A DNA stretch of 64,000 nucleotides from Octopus bimaculoides (taxonomy: Eukaryota), in the NCBI RefSeq assembly GCF_001194135.2, contig NC_068981.1, forward strand, positions 47,504,739 to 47,568,738. The letters run 5' to 3'. Under the pieces are notes generated by a model, which did not search any database, was not told where the DNA came from, and saw nothing but the letters and a program-made list of their open reading frames with translations. The translations under genes were made by a program, and so were the position numbers. Position 1 is the first letter of the stretch. Each line of letters opens with the position of its first letter. This document shows positions 13,715 through 26,221 of the stretch, in pieces.

Positions 13715-15093
13715 AAGAAGAGTGCTATTGTTATCTAGTGAACGATATTTCGATATCGTGTGTATCTTCAACTGGTTTAATAAATAAATTTGTCAATCCA
13801 CTTCATTTTGGCTAATATATAAAAGTTTGAGATAACTCCTACTGAAGAATCTCGTGAAATCAATTTTGTCGTCTTGCTCTCATGCGTTATATGCGTGCAT
13901 GTGTGTGCATGTGTGTGCGTGTGTGTGTGTGTGCATACGTGTGTTTGTGTCTGTGTGTGGGTGTCTGCGTGTGTGCGTGTGTTTGTGCATGTTAGTATGT
14001 GGTTGTGTGTGGAGGGAGATTTGTTATATCCGCTAAGTTATATATATATTATATATTATTCCATCTAATTAAAGGGTAGCGTATGGAAAGCGCTGGAACA
14101 TATACATGAAAATATTTCGGACTATGCATAATAAACATACGAATACTTTTTCAAATATCAAACGCAGTGAAATAATTATCCTCATGGAGATTAATGAAGT
14201 TAAAAATTCTGAAAATAATTGCATTATCAGTAAATTACACAGTATTACAAACATTCGTAAGTTACTTATTTTCTCCGCATTTCATTGTTTTTGGCGGCAT
14301 GTAGTATTATATTAGAAATTGCAAGTTTAGAAGCATTTTAGAAAATATTGTACCACAGAAAACCAATGCCTAGAGATATTTCTAATCCGTATTGAAGTTA
14401 ATTAATTTTAAATTACAAAACTGGTACCCGTAAGAAAAAACAAATTATTCTTCAAGTTATTCACTTCCTGTAAATATGTGGACAGTTTTGTAATAAATTA
14501 TATGTTATCAATTTATTTTTGCTTTAGTTTTAGAATTTATTTTGTTGATGCATTTGTATTTCTTCATTGTAAAAAAAAATATTTTCTTTCGCAATTTATA
14601 AATGTGCACACCTGTCTCAATAAAAGCTGAAGTAAAATGAAATAATGACGATGATGACGGCGATGTTCATGATGACGAGGACGATGGTGATGCCGATGGT
14701 GGCGGTGATGGTGATGACGACGATGACGATGACGACGATGTTGACCATGGTGATGAGGATAGAGAAAGTAAAGAAATGTCATTACACAAAACAATGCTTT
14801 GAGGTTGAGTTGAAATGCCAATTAAGGGAAAACCCATAGGAAAAAGAACTAGAAGGATAAGAAGATTCACGAGTCTTCTTTGCGATTGATACTAAATATA
14901 TACCATGGAATAATGACTAAAATAATGTTTGGAATTGGTTAAAAAATGTTACTTGCAGCTTGAAACTTACGTCTTGATATTCACTGTGTAGGAAATGGTG
15001 CTCAGAATGAACTATATCAACCAGAGAATTGACCATTCCTCAAAATCATACAAAGGTAGACTGAGAGTGAGAGAGAGAAATATAATACAAGAC

Positions 15094-15132
<39 letters not shown>

Positions 15133-15149
15133 AGGAGAGAGAGAAACAC

Positions 15150-15620
15150 GGAGGGCCAGAGTGGTGTGTTTTAGGCGAATGTAGTAAAATGGCTTAGAAG
15201 GAATATAAGAAAAGGCATCACGATATCACCTGAATGGATCATTGGGAATTATGCAAGGAATTTCGATTAGAAGAGGCGAGAAAATGGGTTGAACTTGTTC
15301 CATAAGATGTGGTAGAGAGTGAAAAGACTTTGAAAATTCATGGTATTATATGAACATGGAACCAAACATCGGAAATCTGAAATTGTGCTGCTAACAAAGG
15401 AGAAACCTCGAACCTCATGAAAAACATCATATGACCTGGTAACAGCAAAGTCTTCGGATGCGAAATGGAAAATCTGACGAGTTATGAAGTTCTCAAAAGG
15501 GAGGTGGAAGTGCTATGGACAATGAGCCATGTATGAATCGTGCAAAAAATAATAGTCATCATGGTAGAGTGAGAAAGGAATTAAAATTTCTTGGAAAAAA
15601 TAGCCAAGGAACTGAAAATA
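15150..15620 (+). pseudogene. RLE-type LINE C-terminal fragment 1 (CCHC + PD-(D/E)xK endonuclease)
   Basis: Translates ECSKMA*KEYKKRHHDIT*MDHWELCKEFRLEEARKWVELVP*DVVESEK...KHRKSEIVLLTKEK...YEVLKREVEVLWTM. Confidence 0.7.
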
Positions 15621-15756
15621 GAGTACATTCCCCAAAGAGTGATACTTCGAAATTGTAAGGATACATTTGAATTCTCCAAGATTTCAAAAAAACAACACCC
15701 TAGTTCCAAGCACATTAAAAGCTTGTAATTTGATGACACTTCCTGCAACTATTTGC

Positions 15757-15801
<45 letters not shown>

Positions 15802-15965
15802 GTAATAATAATAATGATAATGACGATTATGATGATGATGATGATGATGCTGCTGCTGATGATGATGATGATGATGATGATTATGAGGAGGAGGAAGAGG
15901 AGGAGGAAGAGGAGGAGGAAGAGGAGGATGAGGAGGAGGAGGAGGAGGAGGAGGAGGACGACGAC
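15757..15965. repeat. Compound microsatellite (AAT)n(GAT)n(GAG)n
   Basis: Read directly from the sequence. Confidence 0.95.
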
Positions 15966-15984
15966 GTAAACAAGCGAATATAAA

Positions 15985-16500
15985 AATCGCTATGTTAGGT
16001 AGGACATTGGAAAATATGTAAATATGTAAACACTATAAATTCATCAGTCCTGCTTATTGGCATGAACAGCTTCCTGAGCCAGTCATTGAAGGTACAAATG
16101 TCACTATCCTCTAGAATTATCCAGTTAACACAGACATAATGATTCAGGATAATCGACCAGATATATTCATTAAAGACAGGGAAGAAAATATTTGTAAACT
16201 AATAGATGTAAGTTTCCCACTGAGAAAAATATATTTGTAAAGGAATTTGACAAATTAAGTAAATATAAGGACCTGAAAACTGAAATACAAAATATATGGC
16301 ATCTTAGAGCAAGAACTGTTTCTGTTATTGTGGGTATCCTAGAGATGATGAGGAAGGGATGTCAAAACCTCTAGATTATATCCCAAGAGAACCATGTCTT
16401 AGGGAAACCCAAAAGATTGTTGCTGCGCACATCTCTAGTAAAACCTTATCAACTTAAATATTTATGGGATGCTGGGCTTTTCTCGGTATCTGATTGTAAC
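15985..16500 (+). pseudogene. RLE-type LINE C-terminal fragment 2 (R4/Dong-like)
   Basis: YWHEQLPEPVIEGTNVTIL*NYPVNTDIMIQDNRPDIFIKDREENICKLIDVSFP...KEFDKLSKYKDLKTEIQNIWHLRARTVSVIVGILEMMRKG...RETQKIV. Confidence 0.85.
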
Positions 16501-16509
16501 AAACAAACA

Positions 16510-16760
16510 CATAAAATGTAAAGGCCACTGGAAAAACCATGCAAGATTGAGGTCTAGCAAAACGTAGCCTTATTGGGAACAGCGAACATCTTAAGGATAG
16601 TATTGTCTGTCTGAGGACCTTGTTGTGACTTGACAGATGACAAAAGACTACGGTGCATTTTTACTTACACTGTGTTATGAAGGAATAATAACAACAACAA
16701 CAATAATAAATATAATAATAATGATGATGAAGATGACGACGACGACGATGATGATACTAA
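16510..16760 (+). mobile_element. RLE-type LINE extreme 3' end 3 with (AAT/AAC/GAT)n tail
   Basis: EV*QNVALLGTANILRIVLSV* followed by a short UTR and a microsatellite tail. Confidence 0.7.
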
Positions 16761-16829
16761 TCAGATCAGAGCACACAGCAACAAGATCTTAGAGCTAATT
16801 ACACCAAGTTCGAAATAGATGAGAATAGC

Positions 16830-17190
16830 GTGTCACCTCTGGTGAAAAAATTCCAATAGACCTGACATAATGATTTGAGAAAGTGAATAGAAACTGTGTA
16901 CAGTTGTGGAAATCAGCTGCCCAGCGGATGTTAACGTAAAGCAGAATATCAGCGAAAAAGAAAATACCTACTTTGAACTATTGTGAAATCTTCAGTTACT
17001 CCATCCAGAGTACAAGTTCAGGTTCATAACTACTTATTAGAGCACTGAGATATGGAACACCCTGAAGAAATAAGGCTTCTCAAAACCAGAAAAGTGAAAG
17101 CTGATTTGAAGTCTACAAATCCAAGCGAACTGTAAAAATCTGTAAAACTTTCCAGATGCTTATCATTTATGTATATATGAGCATGTTTAG
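16830..17190 (+). pseudogene. RLE-type LINE C-terminal fragment 4 (HERO/NeSL-like)
   Basis: NSNRPDIMI*ESE*KLCTVVEISCPADVNVKQNISEKENTYFELL*NLQLLHPEYKFRFIT...TVKICKTF. Confidence 0.75.
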
Positions 17191-17524
17191 ATATGCAATA
17201 ATAGGCAAGAAAATATATACAAAAAATACCATACAAATCTGCACATATACATATAGATGCATGTATGTGTATATATGTATATATGTATAGATTTTGAAAT
17301 TTCAATGCATGATACTTAGATCTAGCTTAGACACCGGTTCTTTCTGAATTGGCAAGAAATATTTTCTACTCAAGGCACAAGGCCCGAAATTCTGAGGGAG
17401 AGCGCCAGCCGATTTGATTAACTCCAGTACGCAACTGATACATAATTTATTGACCCCGAAAGGATGAAATGGAAAGTGGAATCGGCGGAATTTGAACTCA
17501 GAACATAATGACATACGAAATACC

Positions 17525-18506
17525 TATTTCTTTCATTTCCTCAGTGTGGTCTATGATATCCTCCTCCTCTGCTTGTGTTTTCTCTTGCTGTGGATGTGTG
17601 AACTCATATAGGGGTCATTTGAACTTCATATGACCTCTCTCTCCGCATATGTAACAATTTGGTTTTCTTCCCTCGACTACGACATTTAACGTTCTCTCCT
17701 TCTCCAATTCTATCTGGTAGGGAATTCTTTCTATGTCCTCGAATGTGGCAAAAAGCCACATTTCGAGTCCAAATCCCCACCAGTTGCGCACTTTTGTTTC
17801 CGCCACTGGTCCCAATTCCGGATCCTCCTTGGTTGCAGCCAGAACTGTTGCAACCAGCCACTCCGGTTTAATTTCTGGTGGCACTCTGGGAATATGTATT
17901 CTCGCACTTCTTCTTCCTCTATAACTTGGTAGTAATGTTATTTCTGTATTTCTTAAAATGTTGGTCGCATGCTTGGTTACCTCTTCTATAGTGGCGAACC
18001 TCACCTCTACCGTACCGAACTTTCTTCGTCTGCTGATGTACGTGGCTTCATTCACAATTCCACCCAGGCACTCCTCGATTTCGTCTCCCGTCATCATTTC
18101 AACTTTACAGGTTTCGACATCCTGTGTACGATACACAACAGCCCTCAGAATTTTGTCTTCCTTGGTCTCTTTTTTTTTGGGGGGGGGTGACAATTTGTAT
18201 GAGTATCCCTCTATTTCTATCAAATTCCTGCTTCTTCTCACTTCCTCCATATCCAGCTTCATCAACTTGGTTTCCAGCGGCACTGGCTTCTTCATCGCAG
18301 TGGTTCTGGCGTAGCTCTCCATACTGGAAACATTACCACTCGCCACAGATGGTGAAAAAAAAAAAAACAGCCGCTCACGTGCAACGTAACAACAATAAAT
18401 TCCACAAAATCACAATTATTCACAGAGACAACTTACAGTAATTCACACAGTTTTCACACAGTTACGCCGCAGTATTCACAATAATTCACAACAATTCACA
18501 GAGACA
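17525..18506 (-). mobile_element. 982-bp Tx1/L1-clade insertion containing only 5' UTR + ORF1
   Basis: ORF 17615-18346 is homologous to ORF1s at 33636 and 40924. 7-bp direct repeat aaatacc at 17518-17524 and 18507-18513. No gap inside the element. Confidence 0.85.
17615..18346 (-). pseudogene. Tx1-like ORF1 (RRM-like + CCHC zinc knuckle), last Cys codon replaced by TGA
   Basis: FGTVEVRFATIEE...LLPSYRGRRSARIHIPRVPPEIKPEWL...VVVEGRKPNCYICGERGHMKFK*. The stop sits where the fourth CCHC ligand is expected and the frame stays open beyond it. Confidence 0.8.
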
Positions 18507-19084
18507 AAATACCGCTAAGCATTTCTCTTGGGGTGCTTACGTTTCTGCCAGCTCCCCCACTGAATTGGCATGAAATCCCACAATAAAACTGAATGACAAT
18601 AATAAATACATACATACATACATACATACATACACACCGACACATATATATCTGGGCAATATCTATGTCTGCGTCTGCGTATTATTTTAAGTGTACGCGT
18701 CAGTTCTTTAGAACATGTAAGACTGCATTTATGTGTATGTATTTGATACGACATATCAGTGAAAATCGTGCTCCGTGCAAACTATTTAATTTCACCACTA
18801 TCTAATTTCTATTTACATTGCAAAAACGCGAAACAATGAAAAATCCTAGTACTAAGTGTACATATAATAGAAATCTGAATTAAGTAAACTCCCGGAATTA
18901 AGTAATATCAAAAGTTTTGAGCCATTCGTTTTAATATAAATATACCTGCATGTATTTTTATCATGCTTAAGATCGCTCTTTGAATATATTTATTGTCCAA
19001 ATTCTTTGCATATATGAAGCTTTAGAGATTGAGGTTTGCTTCTAATTCTTAAATTTTATGTCGACAATATTTTTTTTGACGATA

Positions 19085-19305
19085 AATGCGGGGAGCTGGT
19101 GGAATCGTTAGCACGTCGGGCAAGATGTTAAATAACGTTTCGTCCATCTTTACGTTCTGAATTCAAATTCTGCAGTGGTTTATTGTGTCTTTCACCAATT
19201 TGGGATCGATTCAGAATGTGCCAGTTGAAGACTGGAGTCGGTGTAATCGACTTAGCCCTTTACCCAAAATATCTGACTCTGTGCCAAAATTTGGGACCAA
19301 TATTT
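19085..19305 (+). mobile_element. SINE family 3, diverged copy
   Basis: gcgggagctggtggaatcgttagcacgtcgggc...tacgttctgaattcaaattctgc...ccagttgaagactggagtc. Confidence 0.75.
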
Positions 19306-20322
19306 CCTTCACACTGCTTTGGCGGATTCATATCTAGTACATCATTCGGACATGCAAAATAGAGCGCAACACGAGAGAAATGCATTGTTCTATAAGTATC
19401 ATTGCAACCATCTAAAGTGACTATCCATGAAACTGGTTCCTGTCCGTAGAAAAAAGAGTGTTAACATATGTTTGCTACTACATGGCTGCATCCTTCACAT
19501 AGATATGTATACCTAAAATTTGCATGGATTTTCCCTCTTGTAACGTGAATATTAAATATTTTAATTTGTTATTCTTAGTAGGATTATATTATCAATAAAA
19601 TGGCGTGTCCGATATAATGGAATGCCATAATCTTTTTTTAAATAATATTTACAAAATGCATTTTCAAGGATTTTGTCATATGTAGTTGCCACAGTACGAG
19701 GTCAGTCTTTGAAGTATCACATGCATGTTATTTTATTGGTGCCTATAGTTATGTGTCTGCAGACTAATACAAATTTGTATTTTCATGAATTCTGATAATT
19801 GTATATAAATATTCATTTGTGGCATACGATAAAAGCTTTGAAATATAGAATAATTCTTTTTTTTTTCTCTGGAGTAGGCTTGAAATTCACTATGACACCT
19901 AATGATTTCCTTTTGAATGTACATATTTTATTATGAAACATTATTTATTAAATTATTCTGAGTTACTCCAATAAATTAATTACGTTAGTACGTTTAAAAC
20001 CTCCTTTACCTCACAAGTGATACACGATATGTTTGCACTAGTATAATCACTTATATTTGCTTAATTATGTATGTTGTGCAAGAGTTTTCTTCCTTCGAGT
20101 CATTATAATTCTGCTTAATCTAATGTCAAATAGCATAATTGATTTAAATATTTATTTCTCACTCCATGTTTTCGTAGGAAAGTTGTCAGTTGTTGACTTA
20201 ATTATGTTCAGATGAAGTATGTTTATTTTTATATAAAAAAATGAAAAGGAATGTTAATAACAGCTACATTGGTATTGTTATTTGTGCTGCTGTTGCTGCT
20301 ACCTACAGCATGCTACTACTAT

Positions 20323-20364
<42 letters not shown>

Positions 20365-20367
20365 AAC

Positions 20368-20400
<33 letters not shown>

Positions 20401-20401
<1 letters not shown>

Positions 20402-21905
20402 AAAAGTAATAATAATATTATTAGTAACAACAACAACAATAATGTTAATGGTGATGATTTTGACGATGATGTGTTGGTTCATTGCTCTAGGTTAAAACGT
20501 TCACTAGTTCCAAAAGTGCGCGTTGTTTTACTGTACACATGGCTCCGTAATAATATTTCATATTAGTTTTGTGTTAGCTCGAGACGCATAGTAAATCACT
20601 GGTCGATATTCATTAGTCCATGAGGAAATATTGTGAAAACACGGAGGTTTTTTTCGAATGTAAACGGTATTAATATTTGCAAGGTGTCTACGTTCTCGTT
20701 CTGCAGCTGGTGAGCAAGACAATGCGGTTGGACGTGTTTACAGAATAGAAGCATTTGTTGTCAGCTTCAACCGGGACAAGACATTTTAGTTTGAAATTAA
20801 GGATTATAAGGAAGACGCCTAGAGTCCACATTTTTTTTTTTTTTAATGACATGGTGATCTTCTAGCAGTTGGTAATCTCACTATCGGGTTGATATATCAT
20901 GTAATCTATACAGTAGATAATTTATAAAGATGCAAATTCATGGAAACTTTTCTTTCCCCCTTCATAGAACGTCAGTTGTCTAGGAATCGTGAGAAAGAGA
21001 GAACGCTGTCAATGTTTACATACAGATTAATGGTCTTTTCCAGAGGCATAGTACTTTATGACAATCTCCTGAGTTAGCCAACATTTTGAGCATTAGCTAC
21101 CAACGATTTCAAAATTATTTTTCATATGTAGTTGGAGGTGCAGACGGTTACAGATTGATATTTTCTATAGGTAATCGTTCAAGTAGACTAACTTCCATTC
21201 ATAAGCACACACACTCTGACCGTGGTTAAACATTTAAAGTGGATTCTCGTGAAATCACAGCTACAAACAGCTACAATTATTCAACTACATGTAGGCAGGT
21301 AACTATCCCTTCGACTTGAAATTAAGAAAAACAAAGAAAAATATGAATAAAGTCAAAATACTAAACTTTAAGAAACTTGTTGCAAAATTCTTGCTTTATC
21401 TAGTTGATAGTATTAAGGCATAGCGCTATTTCACTCTTTTTAGAAATCATAAGCATGATTTAAACTGTAACTTATTGATTGGACTCTAGGCGTCTTCCTT
21501 GTAATCCTTAGTTTCAAACTGAAATTTCTTGTCTCGGTTGAAGCTGACAACAGCTTCTATTCTGTAAACACATCAAACTGCCTTGTCTTGCTCACCAGCT
21601 GCAAAACGGGAACGTAGATACCTTGCAAATATTAATACTGTTTTCATTTGAAAAATCATCCGCGTTGTCACAATATTTCCTCATGGACTAATGAATATCA
21701 ACCAGTGATTTACTATTCTTCTCGAGTTAACGCAAAACTAATATGAAATATTATTACGGAGCCATCTGCAGAGTAAAACAACGCGCACTTTTGGAACTAG
21801 TGAACGTTATAACCTAGAGCAATGAACCAAACATCATCGTCAGTATTATCATCCCCATTAACATTATTGTTGTTGTTGTTATTAATATTATTATGATTAC
21901 TTTTG
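20401..21905. repeat. Long inverted repeat (~430-bp arms, ~650-bp spacer), possible non-autonomous DNA transposon or inverted duplication
   Basis: 20401-20828 is the reverse complement of 21480-21905 (cattgctctaggttaaaacgttcactagttccaaaagtgcgcg vs cgcgcacttttggaactagtgaacgttataacctagagcaatg). Confidence 0.85.
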
Positions 21906-22238
21906 ATATTATTATCTTTATATTATTATTTATCTTTTATATTATTATCTCTCATATTAGAAAGAGAGACATTCATACAAAATTCAGATGAAACTAATTA
22001 CTGTCAAGAAAAATATTTTCTACATTTTTCCCTTACGGAACGTATTCTATATTTATGTTGTCACACAGTAATGCTAAACAGAAAAAAATTATTATACTCA
22101 GTATGATTATGTTTTAGAGTACAGTTTCAACTGTTGTACACTGCTTCTTAGAGTAGAATGAGCTATGAGTGAATGGAGGTATTTAGGTAACGTCTGCTAC
22201 AATTTTTCGTATTAATATATATATATAAATATATAAAG

Positions 22239-22625
22239 GTGGATGCGCAATGACCCAGTGGTTAGGGCAGCGGATTCGTGATCATAGGATCACGGTTTCG
22301 ATTCCCAGACCGGGCGTTGTGTGTGTTTATTGAGCGAAAACACCTAAAGCTCCACGAGGCTCCGGCAGGTGATGGTGGCGAACCCTGCTGTACTCTTCCA
22401 ACACAACATTCTCTCACTCTTACTTCCTGTTTCTGGTGTGCCTGTAAGCCAAAGGGTCAGCCTTGTCACACTGTGACACGCTGAATACCGTCGAGAACTA
22501 CGTTAAGGGTACACGTGACTGTGGAGTGCTCAGTCACTTCCACGTTAATTTCACGAGCAGGCTGTTCCGTTGATCGGATCAACTGGAACCCTCAACGGCG
22601 TAAGCGACGCAGTGCCAACTATAAC
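22239..22625 (+). mobile_element. tRNA-derived SINE (family 4)
   Basis: Head ggatgcgcaatgacccagtggttagggcagcgg...ggtttcgattcccagaccgggc with A- and B-box-like motifs. The GC-richer body ends at a (TA)n tract. Confidence 0.7.
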
Positions 22626-22718
22626 TACTATATATANNNNNNNNNNNNNNNNNNNNNNNNNNNNNNNNNNNNNNNNNNNNNNNNNNNNNNNNNNNATATA
22701 TATATATATATATAGATA

Positions 22719-23520
22719 TACGAGGTCCATTCCTAAAGTTTTGAAAATTTTTAGGAGAGAATTGATAAGTACCCTACATTACTATAATTTTAGTATATCT
22801 AGACTAACAAACTAACCTCCTAACATTTGTTATTTCAGATTTAGGGAAACGGCACTAACTGATCATTTAACACAACATACTAAACACTGTTTGTCACATG
22901 TGACTGACTTGCAGTGTGCTGTCTGCATATAAAGACTATTTGGACTTACAGTGGGACGCGCATCGCTACGCAATAAAGTTTTGTATTACACAGTACAAAA
23001 TGTCTCAGAAACTTATGATATATATATATATTTCGTTATTAATTTGTGTGAGCCGAACATTTCTTTTACGTAGTCACATGACATGAGATTAAGCGAGAAT
23101 CTTAGAAAGTACATGATACTCTTCAATTAAAAGAGAAATACCATAATCTACATCAACGGAGATCCCACTGGCTACACAGTCAAGAAAAAAGTATTTCCTG
23201 AAGGGAATTGAAAAAAAGAGATTTCCTCCTAAAAAGCAAGAGCACCTGCGCTAGGACAATGCACGTGACCGTAATTCCATCATGGTAACAAACTACTTGA
23301 CACAGATAGTCATCAAAACTGTACTTCACCCTCCCGATGAAACCCAAACTGAAAGAGAACTGCAGGAGCGGGCTTTTGAACATGGAAGAGGCTGTGATGA
23401 GCGTCATGGACACCTTTACTTTGGGTGAATATCATGGAATTTTCACGAAACAGCTGGAGTGCTACAACAAGTGCATCGTAATTTGATGATCCTCCTTTAA
23501 ATGAGACTAATGGTTTGTGC
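22719..23520 (+). mobile_element. Decayed mariner relic
   Basis: 23200-23490 translates *DNARDRNSIMVTNYLTQIVIKTVLHPP...EEAVMSVMDTF..EYHGIFTKQLECYNKCI, like the mariner DNA.H / HPPYSPDL / KCI C-terminus. Possible TIR start TA-cgagg at 22719. Confidence 0.6.
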
Positions 23521-24504
23521 TTCTGTATGATTAATAAATGCCTTCCCTGATAATTTCACAAAACATCTTGAGACTCCTCTACAAAAGTTAGGGACGGACA
23601 TGCGTTGCAAGCGTTACGATTCCATTTGATAATTGTAGAATTCTCGTTGTCAAATAATCCTATAAGTGATCAACTTTGTAAGTGGTAGTGTATTGCTTTA
23701 TGTCGCTTTCAGACATTCTGTTTTCGATTATTTTCTCCTACCAATTTTTATGTCCTGCTTTAATTCCCTCCCTGTACAAACAGAACACCTACCGTTAATA
23801 CGCGTAGTCCTACCGAGAGAACATGCAATTTTCCAAGCACTTGTAAACTCATTTTATTATGTAGGAAATACAATGAAGGCTGACTGGAAAATATTATGTG
23901 ATCAGAAATTGAGGTATAGGAAATGTTCAACATTGTTTCATACCAAATATTGGTTTCATTATTGAAGAACGATCTCGTGTTCATCGGTTTTAGTTTACCC
24001 TGCAGGTTTTTAGTTTCAAGAATGACCAATACAAAATAAAGCCAATTTTTTGTGTATATAGATGAGAATCTTACATTCAATATCTCCAGCAACAGCTTCC
24101 ATGCAGATGTCTGCTACTGGCTTGTGAAATTCATCATGGAAAAACATAGTACTTCACCTGGGATTATCCCATGATATGCTATGCCTAGTTAGTCTGACTT
24201 CATCCTATTTTGGTAATTACACTATTTTCTTTCCTTTGTATGATGTTCTACATTATTAATCATATTATGTATATTTGTAGTGAATTTTGTCTCCCTTTAA
24301 ATAGATCATATACTCTCTGGAAACTATAAAATCACACATAAAATGACACCTGTAATATTAGAACTAATAAAACCTCTTAGGTTTGAATAACTGTAACATC
24401 CCTCACCAGGTTCATACATATTACCCACAATTCTCAAGCTAACATTATCTTTTCCCTACCTCCAATTTTAATCCCCTCTCTCTTTATATATAGGTTATTA
24501 TTTT

Positions 24505-24945
24505 CTACAAATTCAGTGCTATCTTCGGCTGCACAAAACATAGAATTGTTTAACAAATAGAACTCATTAATGACCATTCTTCCTTATATAGACTTAGACA
24601 TAAAGCTAATAGTAAGTTTTTAGCTAGTAAGATATGGGAGATTAGAGAAAATTGGGGCGGATTTATCCTTAAATTGGGTATAATGAACCCGGAACTCCTG
24701 CGCTTATATGAAGAGATAAACAAATTAGAAATTAATTACATCCCTTACGACCCAAAGATCCCACTACGCTCCATGCGGCTGTAACAAATGTTATTCTATC
24801 CTTAGCCCCTTTCCTACAGTACTGACAACATGAATTTCTTCCATCTTATTACTCTGTTAATATATTTAAGAAACTTTATAGTAATGTGTCCTACTTGTTA
24901 AAAAGTTCTCTATTTTGTGCAGCTGAAGATAGCAAATCATTGAAA
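24505..24945. repeat. Short diverged inverted repeat (~60-100-bp arms)
   Basis: gctatcttcggctgcacaaaacatagaattgtttaacaa (24518-24556) vs ttgttaaaaagttctctattttgtgcagctgaagatagc (24895-24933). Confidence 0.6.
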
Positions 24946-26182
24946 CTGCTGTAGTGATTGCATTCTTCAATTAAATGGAGCCCCTTGAAACAGTCGTAGG
25001 GCATTACTACTTGATATCTGTTGTTTATTTTGATTTTATTCAACTTATTTTGAGCTGTGCAGATAATACCGGATTGATTTGCTGCTTCAGCTTCAGCAAC
25101 TAATTCAACTGAGTCTTAATTATTTCTATATAAATATGTGTGCGTGTGTGTTCGTGTGTATACATACTCAAATAAATAGAAAGGAAGATAGATAAATAGA
25201 TTGATAGACAGGTAGATGAATTATTGCAGAATTTCCACTAAAAAGAGAAATTATATTGTTGGAGAAATAGCAGTTCACATTTTAAATTATTGCAACATTA
25301 CATTTGAATTATTATCTCTTTTAATGTAATTTAACTTGGCAGCATTTTCTAATTATTGTACTTTATTAAATATTTATGAATGTTTGTCTTATTTTACCGT
25401 TTTATTCATTGAACAGATGTTCAGAATCATTTTGTGTTACATTATCTCTTGTATCAATCTTGGTTTACTCCTGTGGCATTATCATCAAAATGTATTGACT
25501 TTGTAAGGTAATCTTCTGAATGTTTATGTGAGCATGTATGTAATTGTTTGTGCGTGTGTGTGCGAGTTTGTGTTGCGGGGGGGGGGGGCGTGTGTGCTAT
25601 TGTGTGTGGGTGTGTGATTTGTTTAAAGCTAGATATAATATGTACTATGCGTTGTGCTCGGGGATCGCTTTCCGGAGGGGATCGTATTTATTATATTTGC
25701 AGAAAGAGAAATAATGCTCTGTAGAATGTTCGAATATTCATTCAGGTAACTTTCTTCCTTGTCTCCAAAGAAGGATATTTAACTGAATATTCGAACTGAG
25801 TATCAGCATTTCTTTTTGAACATTTTATGTATACATACATACGTACATACATACATATATAACATAGATGCACCCACGCACTCACACACACACATACATA
25901 TGATTTTATGTATGTATGTATGTATGTATTATATGGTGACTTGGAAAATGAAGCTCACAGTAAGACCTCCAGATGGAAACTGTCTAACACAACAAAGTAA
26001 ATACATTTAGGAAACAATTTAATATTACTCCGTAGCTTAAGGGCATAAGTTGTAATATTACTGTTGTGGATTATCTAATGATAATCATTAAATAACAACA
26101 GAAGTGAGAGCTAAAATACCAGAAAATTCCCTATGATTAGCACCGTTTCATAATTCACTGTCTGTTACAGCCTTATATATAC

Positions 26183-26221
<39 letters not shown>

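Larger units (their letters stand above)
17355..18559 (-). mobile_element. tRNA-like SINE (family 3) split by a Tx1 insertion, with 11-bp TSD
   Basis: Head gtgggggagctggcagaaacgtaagcacc...aaatgcttagcggtattt (18559-18507) continues as ggtatttcgtatgtcattatgttctgagttcaaattccgccga (17524-17355). Flanked by ctgaattggca at 17344-17354 and 18560-18570. Same family at 19085 and 31760. Confidence 0.85.

Noticed and set aside
15667-15983. Poly-N/D/E, poly-I/M/R and similar low-complexity ORFs (also 10192, 14564-14870, 20241, 32694, 61963-62661)
   Set aside because: These are translations of tri- and dinucleotide microsatellites.
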